A stretch of 59,178 nucleotides of DNA, the filler included, from Stramenopiles sp. TOSAG23-6 (Eukaryota), in the NCBI GenBank assembly GCA_900128565.1. It is 10 parts of 10 records of this genome, joined end to end, with 100 filler letters (N's around TTAATTAATTAA, not from the genome) between each part and the next. Parts side by side here need not be neighbours in the genome. Positions count along the whole stretch, not along the records: positions 23,747 to 29,571 come from LT636820.1; positions 29,672 to 35,495 come from LT636821.1; 8 more parts are not named here. One strand, 5' to 3'. The notes below the pieces were generated by a model. The model ran no database searches. It was given only the letters and a program-made list of their open reading frames with translations, and was not told the origin of the DNA. This document shows, piece after piece, positions 24,119 through 35,595 of this stretch. The translations under genes were made by a program, and so were the position numbers. How positions within the stretch are numbered: position 1 is the first letter of the stretch; each line of letters starts with the position of its first letter.

Positions 24119-24489
24119 TTTCTCGCCTTTGTAATGGTTACTTTTGGTTCATACGTTCATTGGACTGACTGCGTTTTTTTGAATCTTTGATTGCGATTGA
24201 CTGACCGATCTGATCTGATGCTGATGGAGGCCGAAAAGTTCCGAATTACGAATAGCCCCTAGCTAGCCCTTAGACAAACCTGCCCTGATGTATGTAAATT
24301 ATTATATCGCAAAAATTCTGACTGTTAGATGTGCAGTCACTGACTCGATTCCCGCTTCTACAGTACCGAGGTTGGGTTAACTTTGACACGCTCTTCCTTT
24401 CGTTAGTGCAGTTAATTGTGTTGAATATAATACATAGTTAGAAATAGAGTTTAAGCCAGGGTTTAAGCATCCAGGTACCAAATAATATC

Positions 24490-26241
24490 ATGCTCTACCA
24501 ACTCTCGGTACTCTTGCCTTTCGCCTTTATTTTAACTGTGAATGGTAGTACTGTAGAGTCCGCGATTCTACCACAGATTGTAACTGCGTGTGTAGTCACA
24601 CCTTTTTCTGGGGCTGATGAAGCCACAGTTGATGTAATGTTTGATATTCTCGAAAACTTCGTTGGATCTGTCCACGTGCATGCACCTGGCCGGTCGGTGC
24701 TTGTATATGACTTGGGCATCCCGATGCAACTTGCTATGCGTATTCGCAATCTCTGGAAAGGGGTGATACTTAAACCTTTTCCTTTTGAAGACTATCCTCC
24801 ACACGTTCGTGACCTATCTAATTTCGCTTGGAAACCGATAGCAATGCATCTGGCACTTTTACAGTACCCCTCGATTATCTATTTAGATTCAGGTTTCGAA
24901 CTCGTTGGAACTCTATTTCAAATCGATGCATCAATTCAGTCGAAAGGTCACTGGTTTGTCGCTGAAGAAGGTGCAGAAGAAGGTTCACACAAAAACTGGC
25001 TTGAATTAACACATCCAAATACCATTACGGAGGTTCAAAAGATTACTAAAACCTCTAAAACCATTGGTAGTAGTGGTAGTAGTGGCGGGATTCTGTGCTC
25101 AGGAGGATTACAAGGATACGTCCGAGAATCACGTGTATGTTTTATATGAATTTCTAATTGATTTTTTTTTCATACGAAATTTTGTACGTAACGATTTTTT
25201 TTCGAAATATTTTTTCACAATACGTGCTGCCCGGGATGTGTTACACAACGCTTTTCTCTGTGCACAACGCATCGCCTGCATCGCCTGCATCGCACCAACT
25301 GGGTCAAATTTGAATAATCATCGATATGACCAATCAGTTCTTTCAGCATTGATTACAATACAAGGATTTGGAAACGATATTCATCAAAGAAAGTCTTCAG
25401 GTAATCCCGATACTCCAAATATCGAGGCTTTCTATAAACGGCGCGATGGATATCCAAAGCCATATAGTGATTCTTTACAACTTCGGAGATCTATGGCAAT
25501 AGTGGTCCCCTTTATAGCTAAGCAATGGGAACGAGTACGAGAAGCTTTGGATACTTTGTTTCAACCTGAATATCAATGCAGAAATGATCGGTATATATAT
25601 GATCAAAACCATTACTTGTTAGGGTTGAATGAAACAAACACAAGAGCCACAAGAGTAGATCTCGTAGATCTTGTACTATATAATGATCAAATAATACCAG
25701 AAAAGTTATATACAGAAATCCAAAGTTTTCTTTCAGACACACGACACAAATGGCGACAATGTTTCATAAATGTAATCATAACTCATTCTGGAATGACAAG
25801 TAAAGAAAGTATGTTTTTCTTTTTTTTTCTTTTTCAATTTCGAGTATTATTTTTCATATGAAATTTCGTACCTAATGAAAACAAAAACAAAATAAAATAT
25901 TTTTTCACAATTCATGTGTTTATCCAGAAGGAACTTGCAAACAATTCTCATCCATTTTTGACGTAAAGCGTCAAAACCCAAAACAAACTTTAAAAATACG
26001 TGTATGTTTTATCTTTTTTTTTTTTGTATGAATTGTTGTTTGTACGAAATTTCGTACCTAACAAATTTTAATTTTTTTTTTGAAATATTTTTCCAAAATA
26101 CAAGGTAAAGATGGAAGTATTTCATTATTTATCAATAGTTTAAATATATTTTGGGAAAGATATACACATTTCATGTATCTTGAACCAGATACTAGACCGG
26201 TAAAATCTTTTTGGTTAGATGCTATTATAAGGGAAACGTAT
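24490..26241 (+). CDS. Secreted DUF1647/glycosyltransferase-like protein (four exons seen, 3' truncated)
   Basis: Signal peptide; VLVYDLGI, FPFEDYPPHV, FAWKPI, IIYLDSG, NHRYDQSVLSAL; later FMYLEPDTRPV. Confidence 0.65.
25135..25225 (+). other. Family intron GT..GT
   Basis: CGT|GTATGT..CAATACGT|GCT; joins ORFs 24490 and 25064 (RESR|AARD). Confidence 0.8.
25809..25915 (+). other. Family intron GT..AT
   Basis: Removal gives SKE-S-VYPEGTC. Confidence 0.75.
26002..26103 (+). other. Family intron GT..AA (alternative GT..AG 26000-26104 is also in frame)
   Basis: Removal gives LKIR|GKDGS. Confidence 0.7.
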
Positions 26242-26316
26242 GTACGTTTTCTTTTTGTTTTTCGTACGAAATTTCGTATGAAAAAAAAATCAATTAGAAA
26301 TTCATATAAAACATAC

Positions 26317-26675
26317 ACATGAATTAATTCGTGAATTAAATTCCTATTTGTGTAGTCTTTCCCACCCATTTTAGGGATATAATTTTCACAAATAGTTATG
26401 CGGTGTTTCCGCGAGTCATAGTATGCACTACAGGGTGAAATACACGGGGCACAAGCAACTGAAACTATTGATGCACTGTGTTTTTCTTTCTGATTTTGAA
26501 TATCTTTGTCCTTTAAAGATATTTTATATACGTCGTCATCATCTTGTGACTCTATCCGTTCACCACATTTAAACCGAATAAGTGCTTTCAAAAGCACACT
26601 GATTCTCGAGTCATTTGAGGCATCCTCGACGCACTTTTTAAGATGTTCAACACAACGATTGTGATTGTCCATCAT
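26317..26675 (-). CDS. ATP23: Mitochondrial inner-membrane protease ATP23, first exon (3' truncated)
   Basis: ITICEN..NLIHELIH (HEXXH) with the Atp23-like Cys pattern. Confidence 0.75.
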
Positions 26676-26873
26676 AAGAATATTATTTAATGTAATATAC
26701 CATTATTACTTTTCTTTCAAAAAAAAATGTATTTATCAACTCAGCAGAACTTTGCTTCAGTACTATATAGAGCAAATTAGTATTCAGAAATACCTATAGC
26801 TAGTATAGTAGACGTAAGAATTCTTACCTTTCTAGCTTAGTTTTCGTAGGACTTTTCGTAGTCGTCCACAATT

Positions 26874-26908
26874 TGTGTGTTGTGTGTGTGTGTGTGTGTG
26901 TGTGTGTG
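26874..26908. repeat. (TG)n microsatellite
   Basis: Directly visible. Confidence 0.9.
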
Positions 26909-27068
26909 ACACGTGGTGGTGGAATTCGAAGAAATAAAATCGATCGAGCGTCAAGTTGAGATTTCGTGTTCGATCGCGAGAGTCANNNNNNNNNNNNNNN
27001 NNNNNNNNNNNNNNNNNNNNNNNNNNNNNNNNNNNNNNNNNNNNNNNNNNNNNNNNNNNNNNNNNNNN

Positions 27069-28122
27069 ATACACAGAAGCTGCTAGGGTAGTATGTGGAC
27101 AGAATGTCCTTCAACCAGAGTATGCAAGTTATCCTGCTCCAAAAGACTTTCTCTCCGCTTTTAAAAAAGGTTTCAAAGTTGTTGTGAATCCTGAAATAAA
27201 TTCTCACGAACATGTGGAGTTTGATTTGATAGGTATAAACCCTGCTATTGCAAATGCAATTCGCCGAATTATGCTGGCTGAAGTGGAAACGATGGCATTT
27301 GCAAAAGTTATATACCACAATAATACAGGTATTATGCAAGATGAAGTGTTGGCTCATAGAATTGGTCTAGTGCCAATTCGTATAAATCCTGACCTGTTTG
27401 CTGCAGTTCCTCAAGTAAACGAGTTCCAAGAAACGGAAGCGAATACTCTTGTCTTTAAACTTGATGTAACTTGTACACAGAATGATCTCAAGGCTGCCGC
27501 AATGAAGGCAGGTGGTGTCGATGATGGGGCGTCTCTTTATCATGCTGTGTATTCTGGAGATTTGAAGTGGGTGCCTCAAGGCTCACAACAGTCCAGGCTT
27601 GTTGGAAATAACAAACCTGAACTTGTCCATGATGATATTCTCTTAACAAAGCTTGCATTTGGTCAATCAATCAAGATGGAAGTACATGCACATAAAGGCA
27701 TGGGCAAAATTCATGCAAAATGGTCACCATCTGCGACAGCAACTTACAGAATGCTACCCGAAGTGATCATTACCAGCCCAATTGAAGGAGACTTAGCGCA
27801 TGAACTCATTAAACGGGATACGACCGGTGTTTTTGCTTTAGAAAAAGATACCAAAGCACAAGGTGGTGTTCGTGCTATCGTTAGTAATGTTCGTAATTGT
27901 ACAATGAGCCGCGAGTGCATTCGAGAAAATGACGAGCTAGCATCCAGAATAAAATTATCTAGAAAAAGTAACCACTTCATTTTCTCTGTTGAATCATCAG
28001 GGCAAATTCCTGCGAGAGAAATTTTTCTACGTGCATTACATGTTTTAAAAAATAAAGCTCTTTTAATAAGAAAGTCATTAGGAGCAATGCGAGGAGAGAT
28101 GCTTGTCGATATGGAGGAATAA
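27069..28122 (+). CDS. RPC40: RNA polymerase I/III shared subunit AC40 (5' end in an N gap)
   Basis: EFDLIGINPAIANAIRRIMLAEV, NNTGIMQDEVLAHRIGLVPI, GKIHAKWSP, CTMSRECIR, HFIFSVESSG. Confidence 0.95.
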
Positions 28123-28254
28123 AAGAGGATTGGTTTTTATTACAAAGAATTTTCAATGAAATAAAAATTATGATTTATTTTTTTTAAATTTTATAATGAT
28201 ATTTAATTTTTTTTTTAAAAATCATTCAGGTTTTATGGTTTTATAGTTTTATGG

Positions 28255-29001
28255 TTATGCAACAAAAAGGTTTTTCCATTGTTTTGATGAACATTTTATA
28301 CTATTTAAATCAACAATATCTAAATACTCAACTACAAGTATTGTTGGTATCTGTCCAATATGAGAAAAAAAAAAACGGAATTGTTGACCTTTGACAAGAT
28401 TATATTTCATCTTTGCTTTAGATGCTTCGAATTTTGCAATATATTTTGAAGAATATTTTTTGAATTGTTTTTTAGTTAGGTACAAAATTTCATAGTAAAA
28501 AAAAAAAAAGATAATAATGATGACATATGTCTTTAGTCGATTCTGTGCAATTTCAACAAGATTGTATGTATTTTGGAAAAATATTTGAAAAAAAAATCTA
28601 AAAAAAATTGTTAGGTACAAAATTTTTATAAAAAACCAAAAAAAAAAAATTGAAATTTGAAAAAAAAATAAAAACATACATAATTCCTGAAGATGTGATG
28701 TAGAATTTTCAACTCTTTGTTGAGCTTCTTTTGACAATTGAAACGCGAGATGGATTTTATTCCTTTCCATGCTAATGTGTTTCCGGGTATCCGTGATGAT
28801 TCTATTGTACTCTATTTGTTTTTTAGTATATTTTTTTCTGTTTTTCTCAAAATTAATATTATGTATATAATCAATATTATTTGATAATAATTGATTATTT
28901 GAATTTGATAATAATTGATTCTTAGGGTTAGGGTTAGGGTGAATACTCAAAGTATAATCTAAAAATTTAGAATTCCACCATAAAATGTCAAAACAAATCA
29001 A
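28255..29001 (-). CDS. Hypothetical protein (two in-frame family introns; start uncertain)
   Basis: The frame is open. The C-terminus, ILVVEYLDIVDLNSIKCSSKQWK, is F-box-like. Confidence 0.4.
   Translation of the reverse strand: MICFDILWWNSKFLDYTLSIHPNPNPKNQLLSNSNNQLLSNNIDYIHNINFEKNRKKYTKKQIEYNRIITDTRKHISMERNKIHLAFQLSKEAQQRVENSTSHLQELCMFLFFFQISIFFFWFFIKILYLTIFFRFFFQIFFQNTYNLVEIAQNRLKTYVIIIIFFFFYYEILYLTKKQFKKYSSKYIAKFEASKAKMKYNLVKGQQFRFFFSHIGQIPTILVVEYLDIVDLNSIKCSSKQWKNLFVA
28439..28528 (-). other. Family intron AT(ATGT)..AT
   Basis: AC|ATATGTCATC..AAAATATAT|T; removal gives RLK-T-AKFE. Confidence 0.65.
28566..28679 (-). other. Family intron GT..AT
   Basis: Typical body; removal gives QEL-Y-NLV. 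Confidence 0.8.
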
Positions 29002-29197
29002 TTCAATTCAAAATTCATTAGGTATACAATATCATATAATTATGTAGTTGGTGTATGTAGGACAAAATATGAATTTGTAATGTATGACAAAAAAATACTC
29101 GGAATTTTTTTTGTGTTTTTTTTCCTACAGAACAAAAATGTCAACAAAAAAAAAAAGAATAAATTCGAAATTCATAATAATAATAATGAAAACATAC

Positions 29198-29510
29198 AAG
29201 AGTGAGTATTATCAAATACTATATATACTGTCCCAGTATTTTGAACAACTATAATTCCACTCCCTTCATCTTCCCCAGTACGATTAAAAGGTACTAAAAC
29301 TTTAGTTCTAACTTTTGTACCAATAATTGAAACGTCTTTTGTAGGGTTAGGGTTAGGGTTAGTGATGTGTTGTTCAATACCAAAACCAACATCACCGCCT
29401 TGGGTTGAAAATTTCCATTCTAAAATTGATTGTTTTTTATCAACACACAAAGGAATTTTTAACTGTTTCCCTGCATAGATACAAACTGATTTAGATTGCC
29501 AATGAAGTGA
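29198..29510 (-). CDS. GOLD-domain exon (SEC14-like), partial
   Basis: LEWKFSTQGGDVGFGI..GTVYIVFDNTHS; followed by a family-type donor GTATGTTTT at 29197. Confidence 0.6.
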
Positions 29511-29715
29511 ATTTTGTTTTATATTTTTTGTATTTTTTGTATTTTTTATATTTTTTGTATTTTTTATATTTNNNNNNNNNNNNNNNNNNNNNNNNNNNNN
29601 NNNNNNNNNNNNNNNTTAATTAATTAANNNNNNNNNNNNNNNNNNNNNNNNNNNNNNNNNNNNNNNNNNNNACAAATTTAAGGGGTTTTTTTTGAAATAT
29701 TTTTCCAAAATACAC

Positions 29716-30182
29716 AATGCCGGTGAAATGGTGTCGCTCTGGTGGTTTGAAATCGTATCGTGCCAGATCTGATAATGATACTGGCAAACGCTTGGCAGTT
29801 GTATTTGAAAAATATCTTGTATGTTTTCAAAATTGAATGTAAACCTAATTTTTTCATTTTTTTCGTACCAAAATTTGTACCTAACAAAAAAATGAATGTA
29901 AAATATTTGTTCATAATACATAATATAGGCGCTGGTATCCGAAAACAAGTTGTCAAGGATATTCAAAACTCTTTATTATCATTAAAAGCTATTGATAAAA
30001 AGTGCAGAGAAGTGCAGATGTATTTTTTATTTTTTTTTAATTTCGAAATTATTTTTTTCATACAAAATTTTGTACCTAACGTTTTTTTTGAAATATTTTT
30101 CCAAAATACATGGGAGATACTGGGAGGTTTGTACATTCATATTTGGAACAGAGAGAACTTCAAAGAGAAAAAGATATTTTAA
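29716..30182 (+). CDS. 3' exons of an unknown protein (29716-29818, 29922-30019, 30112-30182)
   Basis: The frame is open after removing two family introns. Confidence 0.55.
29819..29921 (+). other. Family intron GT..AT
   Basis: Removal gives EKYL|NIGAG. Confidence 0.8.
30020..30111 (+). other. Family intron GT..AT
   Basis: ATGTATTTT..AAAATACAT forms a perfect 9-bp inverted repeat across the ends. Confidence 0.8.
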
Positions 30183-30517
30183 AGACAAAGATAAAAGTAG
30201 CAAAAATGCGAATGAGTAGAAATTACTAATTAGTAAATATATAAAACTATAATTTTTATTCTAGTGTAGTTATTATCGATAATCTAATGTGTAAAAAAAA
30301 TATGTATAGTAGTAGTTTTTCTCTTATATTATGTTACCCGGTAATGAATGCTTTTGGAGGAAACAAAATGAGAAAAAACTACCGACCACCGATCACTTTT
30401 TTGGTATCAACCACTGGCTCTTTCACTCTCACACACACACACACACTACGTTTTATTGTATGTACTATTAGGCTATTATTAGTTATATTTACGTACTATA
30501 TTATTGACTTTTTAGAA

Positions 30518-31810
30518 ATGAAAAGAGTAGTATGTACATTAATTATTTCATTATATATTTGTATTACATGTACTGCTATGAATATGAAAGATATGAATAT
30601 GAAAGATATAATTAATCTAGTGTATAATACACCTGATATCATCAACGACAACAAAGAGTTGAAGACAGACCCATTTCTTACCGCCGTTGCTTCAATGAAG
30701 AAACCAAAGTTATCAAATGATAATGATTACTCCATTATTGTACGTGGAATCTTTCGACGGAATTATAAACTAGGAATTAGAATATTAAAATGGAGGGATA
30801 AAAATGGTTTNCCTGTCTTTGGATCTGTAGAGCCCTTCCTGCGTCGTATTCATGAATATGCTAAGCAATCACTATTGACTGTCTGGCGTGCATATTGGAT
30901 TGAACAAATAGAACAGAAGTTTTATCCTGTTAAAGCCCTTTTGCCTGCATTAAGGGATGATTATGATATTATGATGGCTGCTATGCGGTTTAGAGGGCGT
31001 CCATATGATAACTCATGGGCTTTACAGTATGCTTCAAAAGANTTAAGGGGAAATCGTGAGATGGTATCGANTGCTGTACAACATAATGGTTATCAAATTC
31101 AATTTGCTTTAGATGAATTGAAGGCTGATCGTGAGATTGTGTTAACTGCTGTGCGAGAAAGCGGCGGCGCAATCATTTATGCTTCAGAGGAGTTAAAGGG
31201 AGATCGTGAGATTATATTGACTGCAGTGCGAACAAGTAGATATGCTTTGAAGGAAGCTTCAGTAGAGTTGAAGAATGACCGCGGGATTGTATTGACTGCA
31301 GTACAACATCATCCTAGTTCACTTGATTATGCTTCAGAACAGTTAAAGAATGATCAGGAGATTGTAATGACTGCAATACGACAAAACGGTTATATGCTTC
31401 AATACGCTTCAGAGGATTTGCAGGGAGACCGTGAGTTTGTATTAGGTGCAATAGAAGAACATTACATTGCCTTTCGATTCGCTTCAAATGCATTGAAACA
31501 TGATCGTGACTTTGTTTTAGCTGCTGTAATTCAAAATGGAAATGTACTCATGTATGTCTCNGAAGATTTCAAAAACGATCATGAAATTGTACTCACTGCT
31601 GTACGACGTAACGGTGAATCTTGGCTGTATGTTTCAAGGAACATTTGTTGGGATCAAGAAATTATCTTATCTGCAGCAAAGAACTTGACTATTCAATTGT
31701 CTGGATGTACCAAATGCGTAATTATTGGTATATATAAGTATACTTTTATATTTCAAGCTTTGGGTATAGTAGTATTACTTTTACTTTTGGATCAAATTCA
31801 TCATTATTAA
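30518..31810 (+). CDS. DUF4116 repeat protein with signal peptide and C-terminal hydrophobic segment
   Basis: About ten repeats of ALQYASEELKxDREIVLTAV. Confidence 0.85.
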   Translation: MKRVVCTLIISLYICITCTAMNMKDMNMKDIINLVYNTPDIINDNKELKTDPFLTAVASMKKPKLSNDNDYSIIVRGIFRRNYKLGIRILKWRDKNGXPVFGSVEPFLRRIHEYAKQSLLTVWRAYWIEQIEQKFYPVKALLPALRDDYDIMMAAMRFRGRPYDNSWALQYASKXLRGNREMVSXAVQHNGYQIQFALDELKADREIVLTAVRESGGAIIYASEELKGDREIILTAVRTSRYALKEASVELKNDRGIVLTAVQHHPSSLDYASEQLKNDQEIVMTAIRQNGYMLQYASEDLQGDREFVLGAIEEHYIAFRFASNALKHDRDFVLAAVIQNGNVLMYVXEDFKNDHEIVLTAVRRNGESWLYVSRNICWDQEIILSAAKNLTIQLSGCTKCVIIGIYKYTFIFQALGIVVLLLLLDQIHHY

Positions 31811-32046
31811 AATTTGTATCATTGCATACCACTCTATTTGATGATTTTTTTTTGTACTTGTGTAAAACGTTTTTTTTTATTTCAATTTTTTTTTTCTATA
31901 AAAAAATTAAAAGATTTCTTCTGTGTGATGATGATAATCAGCTCTTATGAAACTTTACTAATTAACATAAAATATGGTCAAATGTTGTTTTATAGTTGTA
32001 TACAAAGTTGATTGATAACGAAACATCATTTTCCATTTTCCATGAT

Positions 32047-33039
32047 TCAATACTCTCGTGGGTTGCAATTCAAGAAATCAGTATGGCTTAATTCCTTGTC
32101 ACCAACTGTAATAGTAGTATCGGATAACTGTTTAATGGTATAATATGAACTCGAGAATCCAAACTTCTTTGCAAAGTTATGATCGATGAATGTAACTTCC
32201 ATACCTTCGTGAAAAAAAACCTCCAGATACGTGAAAATTCCGTTTTTCCGTTCATCATTCTCTTCAATCTTCTTTTTCATTGTTTTCTTCAGTTCATCAT
32301 TCTCTTCAATCTTGTTTTTCATTATTTTCTTCAGTTCATCATTATCTTCAATCTTCATCTTCCTCGCTTCTCGCTCATTTTCGCACATCGCAACAAACTT
32401 GTCCATCATGAAATGCTTGGCCTCACAAATGATCATTGTAAGCTTTTCATTTGTCCAATTCTGCATGAAAGAAGGGAACTGATTGGGTTCTCTCAAATAG
32501 TATAAGATATCCGCAAAGTGTCGTCCATCTCGATCCACAAAAAAGAAGCCATCAGCAGCAGGAACATTCTCGTATTTTCCATCAAACATTGCTTCGAAGA
32601 ATCGACTTCCTTTCGAGATAGTTGGAATACATGTTTCAACTTTTGTTCCTCCAACATTGAGTCTGACATGTGTCGATTGTGCTTTGAATACCGTAGCCAT
32701 TGAATTCTTCTCTTCATTGAATGCATCTCTCTCTGCTTGGAGCTTTGCCTTCACTTCGGCCATTTCACACTTGAATATATCACTCACTGTTTCAAGAGTT
32801 GCCTTCATTTCAGCCATTTCAGTCTTAATTTTTTTCTTTGCATCAACCATTTCAGACTCAAACTTTGCCTTTGCATTGACCATTTCAGACTCAAACTCAC
32901 TTCTGTCTCTCTTTAGTTTCTTCTTGTGTGATTCTTCCTTGGTCGAGAGACCGGTCTTTAGAGCATTGAGTTCCTCCACAAGCGAGGTGATAGAATTCAC
33001 TGTGTCAGTCGTATTTTTAATTACTTTTTCAAAGTCCAT
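32047..33039 (-). CDS. KCTD-type BTB/POZ protein with coiled coil
   Basis: VRLNVGG..FFEAMFDG..FFVDRDGRHFADILYYLR. Confidence 0.85.
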   Translation of the reverse strand: MDFEKVIKNTTDTVNSITSLVEELNALKTGLSTKEESHKKKLKRDRSEFESEMVNAKAKFESEMVDAKKKIKTEMAEMKATLETVSDIFKCEMAEVKAKLQAERDAFNEEKNSMATVFKAQSTHVRLNVGGTKVETCIPTISKGSRFFEAMFDGKYENVPAADGFFFVDRDGRHFADILYYLREPNQFPSFMQNWTNEKLTMIICEAKHFMMDKFVAMCENEREARKMKIEDNDELKKIMKNKIEENDELKKTMKKKIEENDERKNGIFTYLEVFFHEGMEVTFIDHNFAKKFGFSSSYYTIKQLSDTTITVGDKELSHTDFLNCNPREY

Positions 33040-33553
33040 TTTTGTATATGAAATGTTTGATTTTTTGTAGTCTGTAAGAAAGGGGCAGATGAATGGATAT
33101 ATCGGAAATATACGAAGTTATATACGTCTTCTTAATTACACTGTAACGACGGTAATGCGTAGCTGAATTAGTTATCACGTTGTTACGTTGGATTTATCAA
33201 GGAGCTTTTTAGCACAAAACTGTAATAATCCAAAATCTGTCGAAATCAATTTCGGAGTGACCCGACTACCCAATGACGAAAATTTGGCAACACATCACAA
33301 CAACAAGACAAAAACAATTAAACATAGTTAAAATATAGTCAAATGATCGCAAATAATTCATATAGTTGTAGAAAAAGTTAATTCATCTTGGGGTGTTTAC
33401 ATTTTATAGACAACGATTTCAAGAAACAACGTCACATTTTGCTTTCCTTCTTTACTTGTCTCCAGGGAGCAAAAATGTCCGAGAGGAAGTAATAGTTAGG
33501 TACAAAAAAATGGTACGAAATCTCACAACAACGCGTACAACACAGGAATAAGC

Positions 33554-34258
33554 TCAAGAAGGCATGGTCACGTTGGTTTGTACTTCAGGCGCTGCAAAAT
33601 AATATGATTGTCTGTTTTGTTTCATAGCGGCCTCTACGATAGTAGTGGAGGCACGGAGAGCAGGTGCTGCCCACTGAAGTGCCATGCCGTCATTTTTTAC
33701 TGCAGATAAAACTGTATTATAATCAGCTCTCAGTTTTTCATCGGCAAACTGTAAGGCACGACCATCAGCATTGACTGCAATCTGAACGAATGCCTTAAGC
33801 CCTTTTAATCCAGATATGTCAGATACATGTTGGAGTGCTAGAGGGTTCTTCATGATGGCATACCGAGCCAATGAGTTATAAATTGGAGTGTTGTAACTTA
33901 AGTCAAGAGGAACGTGGCGAAGCAAAAATCCATCTTTTTTCACCAACTCAGCAAAGTTGGATCCCCAAGTTACTACACCGCCACTAAAGGGATCCTTAAT
34001 CTCTTCCCCAGAAGAGCTTAGCAAAACTTTATTCGTCGGTATTTGATATAATATTTTCCGTTTTTTAAGCGGTAATTGAAGTGTGGGTGACGGTTGGTGC
34101 ACTTGCCCTTCTTCGGGGGATTCATATACTGAGGAGGGTAGCTTTCTTGCTTGCTTTCTTGATTCCTTTAAAGATTGCAAAATTGGTGCTCTTCGGCGTA
34201 AGTCTGATGTAGATGCACGTATGACTGCAGCATAGCTGAGTAATAGAAATATTCTCAT
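33554..34258 (-). CDS. DUF4116 repeat protein
   Basis: DGRALQFADEKLRADYNTVLSAVKNDGMALQWA; signal-like start MRIFLLL. Confidence 0.7.
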   Translation of the reverse strand: MRIFLLLSYAAVIRASTSDLRRRAPILQSLKESRKQARKLPSSVYESPEEGQVHQPSPTLQLPLKKRKILYQIPTNKVLLSSSGEEIKDPFSGGVVTWGSNFAELVKKDGFLLRHVPLDLSYNTPIYNSLARYAIMKNPLALQHVSDISGLKGLKAFVQIAVNADGRALQFADEKLRADYNTVLSAVKNDGMALQWAAPALRASTTIVEAAMKQNRQSYYFAAPEVQTNVTMPS

Positions 34259-34554
34259 AGCTACCAGAATCAAACCAAAATAGGAAGAATGGGATAGCGG
34301 ATGGATGGCCAATGGATTTGCCATCATCATTTGCTACCGCTTCTCTTGGGATCAATTTGAAATTTTCTTTGGCAAAAACGGCAAAAACGGAAAGTCCCCG
34401 AAACATCAATCAAATCGAACGGAACGGTCATTTATTTGGAATCGATCAAAAAACTTTTGGAAAAAAAAAGGACTTAAAATAATTAAAATTCACCAATTAA
34501 GTTTCAATTCACAAAGTGGTTTTGTATTTGCTTTTCACCAGAAAAAAATCCAAA

Positions 34555-35420
34555 ATGGCGGCAGCTGTTGAATGTGTTGTCATTGGTGCAGGTGTTGTAG
34601 GTCTGGCGTGTGCTCGTCGTGCTGCTCGAAAGGGTATGGAAGTCGTTATATTAGATTCAGAGTCATTGATTGGTTCTGTAACTAGTGCACGGAACAGTGA
34701 AGTGATACACGCAGGAATATATTACCCTAAAGGGTCAAAAAAAGCTGATATGTGTGTTCGCGGTCGTAAAATGCTCTATAAATATTGTGACAGTCATGGA
34801 GTTCCTTATAAACGCTGTGGTAAACTGATAGTTGCTACTTCCATTGATGAACTATCTGTTCTTAAAGAGATTGAAAAAAAGGCTATAGATAATGGAGTCT
34901 TAGACTTACAGCAACTCACTAAAGAAGAAGCAATAGCCATGGAACCAGAACTGTATTGTGAAGGGGCATTGTGGTCACCCTCAACAGGTATTATAGACTC
35001 TCACTCACTAATGCTTTCCCTGTTAGGTGATGCCGAGGTAGCTGGTGCTTCGCTGGCACTCAACAGTCCTGTTATAGGTGGAAATATTACTTCAACAGGT
35101 GAAATTCTCATTCAAACGGGTGGTGAAGCTCCAATGGAATTATTATGTAAACATGTGATAAACTGTGCAGGTCTTTCTGCTCCCATGGTTGCTCGCGCAA
35201 TAGTAACAGGATCTGGATATAAACGAAAAAAGTCAGATGTTAACCCTGACCCTAATAATGCCAAGATTGAATTAGAAAGTTTAAACTTACCTCGTGCTTA
35301 TTTTGCAAAAGGTAACTATTATGTTTTACAAGGCAAAGCTCCATTTAGTAGATTAGTTTATCCAATACCTAACGAAGCAGGTCTTGGAGTTCATGCTACC
35401 ATCGATATGGCCGGCCAGAT
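34555..35420 (+). CDS. L2HGDH: L-2-hydroxyglutarate dehydrogenase (3' partial; a family intron begins at 35421)
   Basis: VIGAGVVGLA, TSARNSEVIHAGIYY, CGKLIVA, STGIIDSH, KGNYY, LVYPIP, GLGVHATID. Confidence 0.9.
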
Positions 35421-35429
35421 GTGCGTTTC

Positions 35430-35464
<35 letters not shown>

Positions 35465-35595
35465 TGAATTTTTTTTTTTTTTTCAAAAAAATTTTNNNNN
35501 NNNNNNNNNNNNNNNNNNNNNNNNNNNNNNNNNNNNNNNTTAATTAATTAANNNNNNNNNNNNNNNNNNNNNNNNNNNNNNNNNNNNNNNNNNNN

